In this document: piece after piece, positions 1 to 13,807 of the stretch
Numbering within the stretch: the first letter of the stretch is position 1
How the letters are laid out: each line of letters begins with the position of its first letter
Source: Ramazzottius varieornatus
Taxonomy: Eukaryota; Animalia; Tardigrada
DNA: 64,000 nucleotides
Direction of reading: 5' to 3'
NCBI GenBank assembly: GCA_001949185.1
Contig: BDGG01000021.1
Coordinates: 272,817-336,816, forward strand
Made by a program: the position numbers and the translations under genes
Notes under the pieces: model-generated
What the model was told of the DNA's origin: nothing
What the model saw: only the letters and a program-made list of their open reading frames with translations
Database searches by the model: none

Positions 1-3000
1 ATCGACCGTCCCTCAATCTTGCCTATCCTACTGTACACACATATTATACGGACATGGCATTTCTGCCTAACCTTTTTCCAACGCCAACATTGGCCAGAAG
101 GCGTCAAACGTCATAAGCGATAATGCCCGGGGCAAAAAGACAAGGAGGCAACTTGAACGCAATGACACAAGGATCAACATCACCTCGAGAGCTGCATCCT
201 CCCCCTTATAATATTCCCATTTGTCCTATTAACCTCACTCCATTCCACACATCCACCTTCCCTCGTTTGCACCTGCAACAAAAGACAGGACCAAAGATTG
301 AGGAGGGTGAACTGACAGCCCAAGTCACCCTCCCTTCCTCAGCAAAATTGCGGAGGCCAAGGAGATGCAGACGACGCGCCATCACATGGAAGTCTGAGGG
401 GAAATTGCGGGAGAGGAAAAGAGGGTCAAGGAACGGCAATGCGCAACTTGATGTGACAGCTAAGGCTTCCTGCCACTGTGCATCGAGTGGATGGGACATT
501 GATACACGCCATCCGGGAATAGTCTTGTTCCTCTTTGCTTCCGTTACAGACTGGCAGCTGCCTGTTTTGTCTTTAACATAGGAGGCGCTTTATCGCTCCA
601 CGGCAGACGCGACACTTTGCATATCCCAACACTGCCATATGAACAAGATGCTGGCTTTCTCACTGTCACAACAGGCATATTTCTTTCCTTCCACTGACAT
701 TGTCCTTTCACGTTCTATCAATATCCCATTTATCAGGTTGTTTAGATGGCAAGGTGTCAGTTGTAGCTGCTGAAGCAGCCTTCATTTTGAGGCTGAAAAA
801 ACAAGAGCTAGGGGGCGCCATAAGGCTGCCACTGTGTAGGTGCCAAAGAAGGCCAGTGTGGCCTTGCATAAGACGTGTGTTAAGTTAGCATGCTCGCCAT
901 AAGTAACAACATAAAACGACTTGTCGACTACGCAGCAAAGACTGTCGTCAATCTTTGACAATCTGCCCGTGGACCGTGGTGCAAAGTACCGTCTTTTTAC
1001 TGTCTTGCACGTGAATTCCAACAGATGAGAAATTATGTCATGTGTTGCGGGCTAGCTGCTCATGCCTGACCATAAAGCCTATCCAGCCTCATTCCCCAAG
1101 CTACCACACACACACAAGCAAGCAACCCGTCCCTCCCGTCCTCCAGCCAACCCGTTTATCGGGTCCCCTCTTTTCTTGCCTGTCTGACAGGACGATCGAG
1201 CTACACTTCGACATGACGATTCCTGTCCTTCCTATTTAATCTCCACCAAGTCTTGTCCTGGGGAGATATCCGCCTTTTGTGAACATGTCCCCGGCCAAAG
1301 CTTGCTGCTCCTTCCTGCCCACCTACAACACATGACACAATAACAAAGCAGAAAGGCTAAAGACTGCCAGACAAAGCCCTCTCCTCCTTGGTCCCTGGAT
1401 TCACTGACGTCTCTCCTATTCTGCTGGGAGCAGCAACCTGGACTTGAACCTGCAAAGGTAGCAGAGGATTTTAATTACAGGCAAGGATGATGCCTGCCAA
1501 GTACCAACAAGCAACCGTCAAGGCCAGCTAGATGACACAAGTGAAGAGTCATCAACTCCAGCATTTCCAACTGCAGCCTTCTCCTTCGGACCTTTTCCCT
1601 CACATCCATCCATCAACGCAGATAACAAGACAAATACTGCATCGGTTATTCATAGCGACACTCGACGCTTTCTCTAAAAATCTCAATATATACACATGGC
1701 CTCATGTTTACGGAACACGGCAGACGCCTCGACGAAGGATAAGTATATCGTCAAATAGGTGATCCACCACGGACAAAAAGTGTCTCCTGAGAATAAACAT
1801 GCCCACGCACTGCGCACTGCACGAAAAGACCACAACGTCTGCCCACTACGGTTTGACACCACAAAAGACGCCACGGTGCTAACTGCGCATAATTGCCCAT
1901 CCATGGCGCGCCATCAGAGTCAGACATGAACGCAGGTGCGCGCACTGGTGCATCAGCTGATTAACCCACTTGAACACCCGCATACACGGATACGCAACTT
2001 GAAGGGGACCAAGCTATTGCAAGAATGCATAAGTTAATGATACAGTGCAGGCCCTCACCGTTAACATCGACCACCGATCCCTGTCCATCCCGATGGACTT
2101 GAGTGATGATGGAGGTGGGTCCCTCGGCTTCGGACGGCATGTTGTGGCTGTGGGGGATGAGAGGGACCCAGACGCTGGAGGTGTTGCTAGCGTAATCCGG
2201 GGGAACCACCGATAACTGCACACTGCAACTCATTCGCCTTATTCCTCTCTTCCACCGGATTAATCCATTACCAATCCACAAAATAATAGGCAGCTTCTAT
2301 CCATCGATGGGGCCCGATATCCAACAGGTTCAGATGGTATAATCCAGCTGCGATAAATCATCCAGTGTTAGGGGAAAGCAACAGATGTGCCGTCAAACTG
2401 GCGACGTCCTTCTTGATTCCCTTCGTCGTGATATTCTCGAGTGGGCTACGGTACAAGGCTGGCTGCTGGCAAAGTCTGCAACACGAACAAGAACCAGTTA
2501 GGAGTTACGTATACCAGAACACGAGAACAAGACGAGCTTGCCTGCCTTCATAGCCATAATTTGATTGCTAGCTTGTTGCCTCGGCGGAAATCGTGTAACC
2601 TACGTACACGAATGAAAAACGCAGTGCGCCACACTGATGTGCTGCTGAAGCGCGTCTGTCGGAGCATGGCAAGCCAAAACGCGCGAAATTAAAATGGTAG
2701 GCCATAAATTTACCGGAGTCAGGTCTCGAATATAGGAAACCTTGGCATCGAATCCCGGTAGAAGTGCATTTTCAAGTATTGAGCTAACAGGTGCAGTCAA
2801 TCAACCGAAGTGGGGTTATGTTTCGTTTTCATATCCAAGCTGCGGTGGAGGTTGATTGAATGATCCTACTTTTCGGTCAAATTGACAATCTTGTACGTCA
2901 CAGAATGGTTACGTCATGACTAAAATCTGCCCCGCATATGCTTTGACGCATGACGTCAAGGATACTTTACGGTGGCCTTTACTGTGTCCAGCAACGCGCG

Positions 3001-3791
3001 CTTTAGCAGCACATCAGTGGAAGAAAATAACGTTCGTGTTAGCTCCGCCTTTCCACTTCCGGTCGAGATGGCGCCACTCACAGCACATGACTTGCACACG
3101 ACGTTTGCTTCCATCTTCCATGCTTTCTTGAGTTGGCACACGATTAATCGGTTGGCACACTGTCGATCGGTATCCGGGTCTGCATAATAATCGTGGACAA
3201 CGTCGCAAACATCTGAACATACTAGCGCCCACAAACGCAACAAGCTCGCAGAAAGTATTGTGAGGTCTAGTTAAGCTCGTGCCACATGCTCGCTTTTTCC
3301 AAATTTCTTCGGCATGTTTCGAAGTGGTCTGCACTAGACGTCGGCGTTGTCGGTCCCCTTCTTTCACGAGTTCCTTGTTAATTTGGTATGTACCAGGTGG
3401 AAGCTCAAGATGGCCTGCGAATAAGGTCACCTTCCGAATTCAAGTTCCCTAGCCGTCTGCACTGTAGATCCTGTCAAATTCCGTGCGTTCTTCGTTCCAA
3501 GTAGCTTATCATTGTATGCAATTAGTGTCAAGCTTTGGCGTATTGGATGAGCTATCAAGTGACAGCCTGCGGTGACGGCTACAGGGAAGCAGGCCGGATG
3601 TTTCAAAAATGTTGTTGGGCAGCTTTATAGCTGGCACCTTCATGAAAACAGCAACACTGTTACAGTGTATAAGGGAAAGCGCTTACGTGAAAAACTTCAT
3701 GGATCAGTGAACAACTATGGACTAACAACAAGTAAGGCTACAATGGCCTTCAACGAAGCAACCAAAGTAGGGACTAGGTACTTTCGACTTC

Positions 3792-5057
3792 TCAAGACGA
3801 GTCTTCCTCGTAGGCCACATTGGAATTTGATTCGTACTTCTTGTTCTTCTGCGCGATATATCGAACGCGGTTGCGACTAGGTGCGGGAGCAGTGGGAGCG
3901 ACATAGGCTGCCGATGTGCCGCTGTTACCGTAGGCCGAATAGACCTTGGTCTTGACAGGAGCAGGTGCCGGGGCATAGCTGTCGTCCGACGAATCATCTT
4001 GGTCCTGGTTGGAGGCCACCGCCGCAGAGGCCGCTGCGGCGTTGGAGTATGAGTTGCTGTTGAGGGGAGGCTGCACGGCATAGGTCTGGACATTACCGTC
4101 TCCGTTGGAAAGACCAGCCCTGGAGCTGGAGGAGGAAGCACGAGCCAAGACATCAGCACCACCTTGGTTGGCTTGGGAGGAGATACCGAAAACTAGCGAC
4201 GGAGCGACTTGGGGAGCCGCAATGACTTTGTAGGAGACGACAACGGGGGTGGAAAGAGAGTAGGCCAGGCCGTTCATACCCTGCTGTTGGGACTGCTGCA
4301 CGTCGCCCATGTACTGCGACTGCGACTGGGCCACGTTACCCAGACCATACATGTTAGCGTTGGTCAGTATTCTGGGCGATCCGTTGGACTGAACAACGAA
4401 GCTTCGGCCCGGCTGATACAGACCACTGATGCCGGCCACATTGTTCTGCATGGTGATGCCGAATCGGCGGAGAATGTCTTGGACGGTGGACTGGATCTGG
4501 AAGCCAATGTTCTGGGCCGGAGCGCTGTCGACTTGAACGACCTGCACACCGTTGCCTATATCGCCACTGCGGACCAAGAAGTTACCGCCGTTGCTAGAGT
4601 AGGCGCTAGCGCTGGCCCCGTTGGAAGAGCCGTAGTTGTTGTTGTTGTTGTTGGTCTGGACCAACTCGTCCGAATCGTCGCTAGTCTGTACCGTGTAGAC
4701 TGGAGCGCTGTTAACCACATTACCACCATAGTTTGTGTTTATGGCTCGCGCCTGTCCACCATAGCCGCTGTCGCTGGAAGCCGAGGCTCCACTTAGCACA
4801 CCGACACTGCCGTAACCCACTACAATTCGCCAGAAACGATTTATCCTAACAATGCAGATTACTTGGGAAGATTCAGATTTCTCTGCGCTGTATAATTTCT
4901 CCGGATATTTTCTCGATTTTTTGACTGACTATGAGAAGAGCGAGACCATAATATGCAAACTAAACTGGGCTTGGTGGAAAAATGGAAAGAACTTACTATT
5001 GGCGGACGAGGAAGAAACAATGGCAGCGAGAAGGCACAAACTCCCTAGAACAGCCAT
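3792..5057 (-). CDS. Secreted low-complexity G/S/A/N/Q/Y-rich protein (cuticle/eggshell-like), 2 exons
   Basis: Exon 1 5057-4997 encodes a signal peptide MAVLGSLCLLAAIVSSSSAN and ends at a GTAAG donor. It splices in phase (TTGTAG acceptor at 4820) into the 342-aa ORF, which has YAPAPAP/AAYVAP motifs, N/Q runs and no Cys. Confidence 0.8.
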
Positions 5058-7902
5058 TCTGCCTGAAACAATTGCCAAAGATAGGTGGTATTATGAAAGA
5101 GAAGGACCAAGATTGATGAGAGAGTGCGTTGGAGAAGATAACTTTGTGCTGAGGTTTTATTGGAAACACAACAGACTTTTGGTAGAGTGAAAGGACAGGT
5201 GTCACTTTCGATGCGAGGAAAGCTTGATGTTTTTCTGGGTTCCAAGGTCGCTACGTCGCTTTTCTTTGTCGGAAGAGTATGAATCAAAGTGGCCCGCGGC
5301 ATCCCAAGCAGGAACTTTGGCACGTCATAACATGCCATCAACAAGCAGCACTGCTTCCTGCAACAAAAAGAGTTCAAGCCTTCGAACCTTCATTAGCATA
5401 TGAATATTCAATTTCCACATGGCTAATCACTCGGTTTATCGAGAGACACGTATATAGAACGAAAACTACCATCAAACGTTCATCTTCGCAGCTTTCACTT
5501 GTTCTGCTAAAGATCACAAATATACAGTACCTGGCTGCAGGCATACTAGAAAGATTGTCCCACGCGGACGAAGAAATCATCCTTCCAGAGCGACAAGCCG
5601 TCACGTCACACCTTATAGTCCAAAGTAGGAGTACCTTTCGTCAAGACTTGAAACCTGACGGTGCGTGTCAAATTGGGGGACTACAACTAGACCACTGCAC
5701 CAGATAAACAATGTAAAAGAAATCCTGCTACAAAAAGACGGCCTGTGGCACGACAAAGAGTTTCTACTTTCATAAGCACAATCGCTGATGGAAAGTTTGC
5801 AGCTTGTGCTTATTGTAAGATCAAGACATCTTGCGCTCTAGTGCTGCAACTTAGAATAGCTTGGAGTGTAGAGGACCTCGCTCAGAGGATGGACCCTGAT
5901 GCAACTCATTACGGGCAGGAGGCCGTCTGTTATACATATGGGCCCAAAACGAACCAGCCAGGAAACGAAGGCGAGGTAACAACGGTCCAGCGGCCTCAAC
6001 CAGGAAGCCAAACCAATCCGTAAGACGCTCTTCCCTCTCCTTATTTGCCCATGCGGTTGATAGAGGACCCTATCCTTCCGCCTACGCTCTAAAAGCATGC
6101 CTGAATTAACATCTTTGTCCATGCAGGTCTCAAGAAGGCGGTTGCGGATTCTCATTGGGGCAAACTATCCCTTGCTGCCCTGCTGCATGTACTTTCGGCT
6201 GCTGCTAACCAAGACTACCCAGACTACTGGCACTAACGACGTCCCTCATGCCAACAACTCGATCGATTGGCCTAGTTAACCGCTGACCTGAACTCGACGA
6301 CCTATCGAAGGGAACTAACTTAACTCATCCATGCGCGGATTGCTAATTCCTTTCTGTCAAAAGAAGTGCATCATTCTCATCTAGCTTCTTTGCCCAGACC
6401 TTCAGCCCTCGCTCGAGATCCTCTTCCACAACAAAACTAATGACGTTTATGCAAACCAATATTAGAACGAGAAATCAATAGCTTTACATGATATCTGCTT
6501 GCCTGCCTGCCCTGATAAGTGAGGGCGGCGATGGTGCGTACAAGAGTTCAACAGCTAGCGCCGCAAGTACGTTATGCAACGTAAACTGCTGGAAGGTGAG
6601 AGCGCTTACGTAAGTGGCAGGTAAGACGGGCTGTTGTTGTTGTTGAGTGACGCGTCATCAGCCATGGCAACATTAGGTTCTCACCGCAAAGTGTCCTTGT
6701 ATCTGGCTCTTTCCTGCAAGGAAACCAGTCCGTAGAAAGCAAGCGTGTCAACACTTGTCGAACAAGAAAAAGACAGCACATGATTGTGGCTGACGTAGGG
6801 GGAAACCCTCGGTCCGCTGACGTCTTTATACGCAGAAAAGCGGACTTGCTGAACTGAAAAAACCGCGCGGTACATTTCTTCAACCACGCACTCAACCAAC
6901 CCATCGCTTTCTTACTGACGTGCAACACTCACAACAGATGGTACTTACAAGTGTTATGTTTGTAACTCTGCGCACGTGGTACAGCCTAATGCTGCATTTC
7001 CGTAAGACGATACCTGCCACTTGTTGCACAACATCGTCATCTCATCTGCAAAACAGAGCGGAGACAGTATTATTTCATATACGTTAAATTATATCAGGAT
7101 GTCTGTTGTGATCATGGCGTCCACTCCGAAACGGGACAGCTTGTCCAACTTTGTCCCTAAAGCTGGACCGCAACTTACCGTCGTCAACTGCCAACCTGGA
7201 CAGATGCGCTTCGTAGCACAGCAACCGCACGACTCATCAGCCAATCTGGAGACCAGGTAGCCTGAAATGACACCCAAAATACTAGAATAGTTATTGATTA
7301 AGCTTGTATCTAACTTCTTTCGCCAAATCCAAAGAAGTACAAGAGTATACAGTGTTGGTCGTCTGATAGGCAACTTTTGTCCACTTACAGAGTTCAAGAA
7401 GGTGGCACATTCGGATGTCGCTGCGGTAACCTCTGCGGTTGCGGAAGGTGTGGAGGTAAGTTAGGTGTCTGGTGCTGCTAAAAATGCCTTCCGGCCACTG
7501 TTGAAGAGCCCAACGACTCCCGCAGCAGCTTTCTAAAGAAGCGCCACGCCAAAGAGCAGTTATGGCCAACTAGACGCTTTTCCCTCCGATCATTCGCTAC
7601 AGTACTTCATCCTACCTCCCGGACCATATTGGTGGCCACGTGCCATGCACCGTACAATTAATTTCTGATCATCTCCATACCCAGACGCTCTGGCCCTATG
7701 ATGTCCTTATCTATGCTCAATTAGCCACAGCAACACTGCTGTTGGATTTAATGCTCGACGGATTAGTTCCGCACAAAAAAGTTGGATAATTTCACCAAGA
7801 ATAAAACGCTTTTAGAAGGGGTTTTCGTTCAGTGGTGCTATATGAAACTTGCTCAGAAACAGAAAGAGGAACTAAAACTGATTGATTGACATGAAAGACT
7901 TT

Positions 7903-10900
7903 TCAGTTGATGAAAGAGAAATTTTGATCCAATGAACGTAGTACGTACGGTATGACAGCGCGCAATTCAGGAGCTGGATCCGTCCAGCGAGTCAAAGTAG
8001 CTTTTGTCCCCGGCTGAGTGGATGATCGCAGTACGCGAAGACAGCCGATTGGCCTAGAAGAACGAAGACTATGATTATTCTCAACGACCATTACAGCAAG
8101 AAGAAGGGCGGACCAGCCTGAAGGTACCTGTAGCTCCGGCCGGCCAAGCTGATTCCTAATGTAGTTCCATCTCGTCAGGGTTGCTTCCATCAGCTTCTGC
8201 GACTGTTCATGAGACGCCCACGCCTCACCCGTCTCGAAAGAACTGACAACTTCCAATAGCCCACCCAAAACTCCGATCCTGAAACAGTAAGGCCGGATAA
8301 CGAAACCTTTCATCGGAACAATATGACTCACAAAGATAAGAAATCAGGTTGGAAGGGGGCATTTTACTCATTGGCCAAACGTATTTCGTCAGTGCATTCT
8401 GCTCGAAAGACCGACAGAAACTTCAGGACATCAATCTTGCTTTCCGCTAACGCCCTAGTCAACTGCACAGCGCAGTCATGCTGCCTTTGGAGTACAGACG
8501 TACTGGCGCAAGCCTTGAGGGGATCCTGAGGATAGAATCTGGGTGGCAAGACACGACAAGATACTTACGTCACACGAAAGAAAGTCATATATACCGTAAC
8601 CCGCCCAAATCGTTGGATTTCTTCGAAAAGCTCTTTGTGCGCGGTGGTGGCTGCATGGAGTAGTTGCTGGAGGGAAGAGCTTTCTGCGCCAAGAAGAGCT
8701 TCCCACAATAACAACCAAAATCGCAGAGGGCTCAATATCTCTTCTCCCTACAAACCAAGATTTCATTAGGCACTGATCTAGAAGGACAGCCCCAGCAAAC
8801 CTTGCCATTTTAAGAGCTTCGATCTTGGACACCATGACGTCAGCGATGGCTTTCTCTTGCAGTCGACCCAGCTTGCGCAGTGTATGGTCAAACTCCTCCT
8901 GGCAGTGCAGTTTCAGTCCTTCTTCCATTTCTACCCCCGTATTTTCCAAAGCAGGAGTGCGTATCAACGCGCCCCAAGATCTGCAACAGCGTCAATCGGT
9001 TATCAAAATCCGGGAAGGAATTCTGACACTATATTGCATTGTAGTATATCTGAAAATTATTGTCTTTAGCAATAATTCTGGCTACTGTGTTTGAATGATA
9101 AGCGTCTTCACTTCCTATAATTACCCGACCGGACATGGCGTTTTTCCTGGACTGTTCTGTTACGTGTATGCGATGCAATGTACACGTGCGTTGAATACAC
9201 GTACGAGGAGAACATAGCGAAGTTGTCAGGNNNNNNNNNNNNNNNNNNNNNNNNNNNNNNNNNNNNNNNNNNNNNNNNNNATGCCTGGCAACTCCACTAT
9301 GTTCTCCTTGTATTCTTGCTAGTCTGCTCAATGTACTTCCTTGTTCGCTGATTCCATCCAATACTAGCCATGTCCGGCTGTTAGCTCCTCCTTATTTCCG
9401 GCAGAGATTGTCCCGCATGAATATGTTCATGAAGTTCCCGCGACGGAACATTTTAAAGTCAAGTTTATTCACGCTCTTTGCATCCCGCGAATTTCTCAAC
9501 CGCCATCCCACCCTTCGTGCTCTCCTGCTTTTTATTTCTCGATAAAAAGGGGTCTCTGAGCCTTCTAAGGGGACCAGAGCAGCTCAGAGGGAAAGGTGGA
9601 AGGCTGATGCACCGAGCCGCCACTTCCTCCTTGGTATCTCACCCAGACTGTGTACCAACTCGAGTCTAGCTGTATCGACGTCGCCCATCGATGCGACCAG
9701 ACGACCTCAGCATGCCCAAATAAAAATCATCCGCGTTCGCTTATCATGAATAGTTTAATTAACTTACAATTTGTGTTTCAGCAAATCGCTATATGCTGTT
9801 CTCTGGCGTTCCTTGACGTACACTTCCGCTTCCAACCGGAAATTCTCCAGTCTTCTCTGCTGTGTCCTGCAATCGAACAAATTATATTTCCTCTCATCTT
9901 TACAGGAAGAGATCTGCCCTTTTCCACGAGGCTTACATACAGTGTGAGCTTCTCTTTGGCTTTCAAGTATTCCACTCTCAGACTCCAGCACTGAGTGTCG
10001 AGAAGTTTCGACGCCTCGTCCCTGGCAGGACCCAAATCAACAGGTGACACCTACGAACGAAACAAAATCTCTTTTCCGTTCAAGGCAGAACCACATTAAT
10101 CTTTTCTTAGCCAGAACTACAGTGAATGGCATGGACCTCGAATACCTGTCGTAAAGCCGCTTCGAGACCCCAGCAGAAACTTCTGAGGTGGTCCCCGAGG
10201 ACGTTCTTTGGAAGACAGGTGAGTAAGGGAAGACTAGGGTCAGTTAGCTCCTTCACCCAATGCGAGCCAAAGTAATTGAGAATTGCATCACAGCGGACTG
10301 TCGTCCTGTCGCCTTTCGCGGATAACTGACAAAGTATTGGGAGGTGCTATGTAGACTAAATTATTAAATACAACAGCATTAGAGAAGAAATTCTCTTACA
10401 ATATACCTGCTTATTTTCTTTTTTCCGTTCCTGCGACTCTTCTATTACGACGAGTACTTCGTGGTCAGAGATGATAGCCGGTAGTCGAGCTGGAGTTCCT
10501 TTGGGCTGGGTCATCGGTGTGACATTGTTCCTGCAGATAATCAATTTTACGGTTCGATAATCCAACAAGAAAATTACAAGAATGCTAGAGCACAGTGACA
10601 CTACGAACATCCTTCTAAAGATGTTCCGTAATGCTGGTTTTTCAGCTTGAGAGATGTTCCTGATCCCATTATGTTGCTCAGATGGTGCTGTTCCGTCCAA
10701 GACGATGCGGATACTTTCTGATGATTCCTGCATGTTCTCGATGACGGATCGCATACTGCAAATAACCAGACAGGCAGTTCTGTACCACAAAGAATATGTA
10801 GCGCCATGGGAGATTTCGTTACAGTTCATTAGCGTCGGGAGATGCGGATCCGTGGACGAGTGGAAATCTTTTGCAGAGACAGCAAGCCGCTGGAAGAGAA

Positions 10901-11362
10901 ATATCACTGATGTACGTGCTGGAATTTAGACTGATAAGATGAAATCTAAGTCCCTTACCTTCCCAGACAGTCCCATCCATCCTATCCTCTTGAACACAAA
11001 CTCGGAAGAGAGAGTGAAGATAGCGCAGGATAACACGAATGGAATCGGAAACAATACAAAGTTACAAACGGCATTCTCGGGGTGACGGGGGAAGAACTTC
11101 CGAAGAAGCTTGTGGCAAGATCAAGGAGTTGATCAGCTGTTCGATGATGACTGGCGAAGGCCAACAAGTTTTCTGGCGGTAAAGGTCGATTACGCACAGA
11201 CAGCGCCGTAGTACGAGACAAAAACCGATCCGAGTCAACCGTAAAATTGAAGTCTTTTCTTTTTCCAACACTCAAAAGTGATCGACTGACGTCGAAGCGA
11301 GCCGAGGTAACCGAACTAGCCGTGTAGAATGAAGCCGTCAGACTGACACCACACGACACCAA
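7903..11362 (-). CDS. Possible multi-exon gene of unknown function (may be degenerate)
   Basis: Several minus-strand ORFs (10982-11362, 10356-10907, 9778-10050, 8476-8967, 7903-8331) with protein-like composition and some plausible splice sites. No family motif or clear ATG; an assembly gap lies inside. Confidence 0.3.
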
Positions 11363-11719
11363 CCGATTTTTAACGGTTTGTTTTCGTTGTTCCTAGAATC
11401 TAGCTTAATTAATTTATTGTGTTTTATCAGGTTTTGCGATTTGGGAATGGAATTACTTTAGTGGTCCGTTTAATCCCGCCAATCTCACAGACGCAGCTGC
11501 TCTTTACTCTGGACTACCGAATGATTTATGATCATCAGAAGAGGATCTTGCTTTTGTTGCAAAGGGACGGGATACACGGATGGTGCGTTTCGTCCGTGCT
11601 GCTCTCAGAAGCTGCAAATCTCCCTTCGGACATCACGCTAACGAATCGACTCTTTAACCTCGTTCAGGCGTGTTTTACCCTGTAATCGAACTTTTTTTGC
11701 TGGTTGTGCAGACGGAAGA

Positions 11720-13649
11720 ATGATTGTGGAGACTCCGGAGATTCACTGGCACGGCAAGAACAACAAGTCGGAAGCCATCTATTCCGCTCACGTCCAACCT
11801 CAGCCATCATCATCATCTTCTTCTTCTCCAGCTTCCTACCGAATTGTCACGGGTGGTGTCTCGGAAATTAGGATATGGCTGCTGACGCCCGCATCAAGAG
11901 ACGCCATGGAAATGCCACAGTTGGAGTTCCGCGCATCGTTGGAGCGACACGAAGCGACCATCAACGTGGTGCGCTTTAGTCCAGATGGTCAGATGCTGGC
12001 TTCCGGCGACGTTGACGGTCTGGTCATTCTGTGGAGGTTTGTCAGTGAGTTGAAGAACGCGAAAGGCATCCCCGAGAGCGAGCTGGGCTGCGTCAACCTC
12101 GAGACGTGGACATCGACGAAAGTGCTACGAAAACATGTCAGTGAAGTGACCGATCTAGCCTGGTCGCCTGACGGAACCATGCTGGTTACCTCTTCCGTCG
12201 ACGATTCCAGCATCGTCTGGGATGTGGAGAAAGGCGCTATGCTCAAAACTATGGGAGACGCTGAACACTATGTCCTAGGTCAGTTCTCCAGCGCGAATTT
12301 CGAAAGCTTTGACCATTTTTCACGAATCAATGAGCTTAGTTGACGAATGAAGTCACTCCAAATATCATTTTATAAACGATAAAGCGTTACGTCATGCGCT
12401 ACTGCAGTTGGGTAAGGCTAAATTCAGACGTCACAGACTCACAGTTCTGTTTATTGCATACGCTGTAATACGACATGCATCGTGACGTCATACGCAGTCA
12501 CAAATGGGAAATGGTCGAGGAAACCCGCGGAAAGAGGGAAAGAGCGGTATATACGTGTCTGCTCTATCAACGGTTATGTGTTGGTAGGAGCCAACTGGGA
12601 CCCATATAACCGGTTCATCGTTACTCTGTCCGCCGACAAAGCTCTGCGGGTGTATAATCCGTCGACGACGCTAACGGCTCCTCTACAGAAAGTGATGCGC
12701 TACAACGTTGACGAACTGAACACGGAAGCCATGTTCATTGGGGAAGATAACTGTATGGCGCGAAGACGCCTGGACTTTTCCCCTGACGGAAAACACCTGC
12801 TGGCTCCAGCAGGTAAACTCAGCCTCGCTCTGTTCATGGTCAACTGACTGTATTCCGTCTAAAATTTGCTTATTTGCTCAGGAGCAACGAGGGTAGACCC
12901 GAAAGTGGAAGGGGGGAAGAAAATTGCCTGCAGTTACCTCTTTGATGTGTCACGGAAACAGAAGATGACAGCCAAAGCCATCCTGCCAGCAACAGCGCCT
13001 ACTTCCCTCGCTCGTTTCTGTCCGAAAATGTTCACTCTAAGGGAATATACTAAGCCGGAAGTGCTGCAAGCGACACCGACCAAGTCGACAACCAGCGAAG
13101 AAGACGACGTCGATGATGAAGCCGAGGCAGACACTGAGTCCGAACCCTCAGAAGCCATGGAAGTTGAAAGGTCAGTTTTGTAATTTCAAATGAACTGGCT
13201 GGAATGCCCGCCTATCACTGCTATCTGTTTTTCTTAGGTCAGGAAGTCCTGAAATTCCACCACCGCCACGAAGAGAAGAGGAGGAGAAGCAGCCTGTACT
13301 GTACAGACTGGTGTACGCCGTCGCCACCACCAGCACCGTCTTCTTCTACGACACGCAGCTGCACCGACCATTCGGCTTTGTCGAGTCCATCCACGTCGCC
13401 GACATTTCCGACATTGCCTGGACACCCGACGGAAGGATCCTCGTTGTCTCCTCCCTCGACGGCTTTTGCACCTTTATAGAGTTTGTGGAAGGGGAACTAG
13501 GTGAGGAATATGTAGCACCACCTAGACCTCAGTATGAACTTGATTTCGTTCAGCCGATAGAACTAGATGTAACCAGCATAACTGCCCAAGAACCCGTAGC
13601 TGCTAACCAGCCAGCTGCAACCTCCGACGTGGTGATGCAGGCAGCGTAG
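11720..13649 (+). CDS. CHAF1B: Chromatin assembly factor 1 subunit B (p60/Cac2), WD40
   Basis: N-terminal PEIHWHGK; LERHEATINVVRFSPDGQMLASG; WD repeats; RRLDFSPDG; YRLVYAVAT...YDTQ...PFG...IH...ISDIAWTPDG. Confidence 0.92.
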
Positions 13650-13807
13650 TGGGTACTCAGAGCATTGGACGATCAGCGGTATTTATTTGCTGTCTCCTTA
13701 TCATTCGGGGCCTTTTCGGTAGGACTTTCTTTTGTTCAAGTTTTATATTCCTTCTCTTTATTAAATTATCTCGTCGTTCAAAGTATCTGTCACAGGATGC
13801 ATGGTCA

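Noticed and set aside
1-3600. Exon-like minus-strand segments (e.g. 2058-2215, 206-499, 3014-3430)
   Set aside because: Some good splice signals, but neighbouring frames contain stops and no family motif is recognisable; I could not build a supported model.
4209-4796. Long antisense ORFs here and over GCC2, FTSJ3, TopBP1 and LIG4
   Set aside because: Shadow ORFs caused by codon bias of the real genes on the opposite strand.
6572-6928. CTARF...HNH fragments suggestive of a MULE/FAR1 DNA-binding domain
   Set aside because: The motifs lie in different frames and are too short, and no catalytic DDE region is seen.
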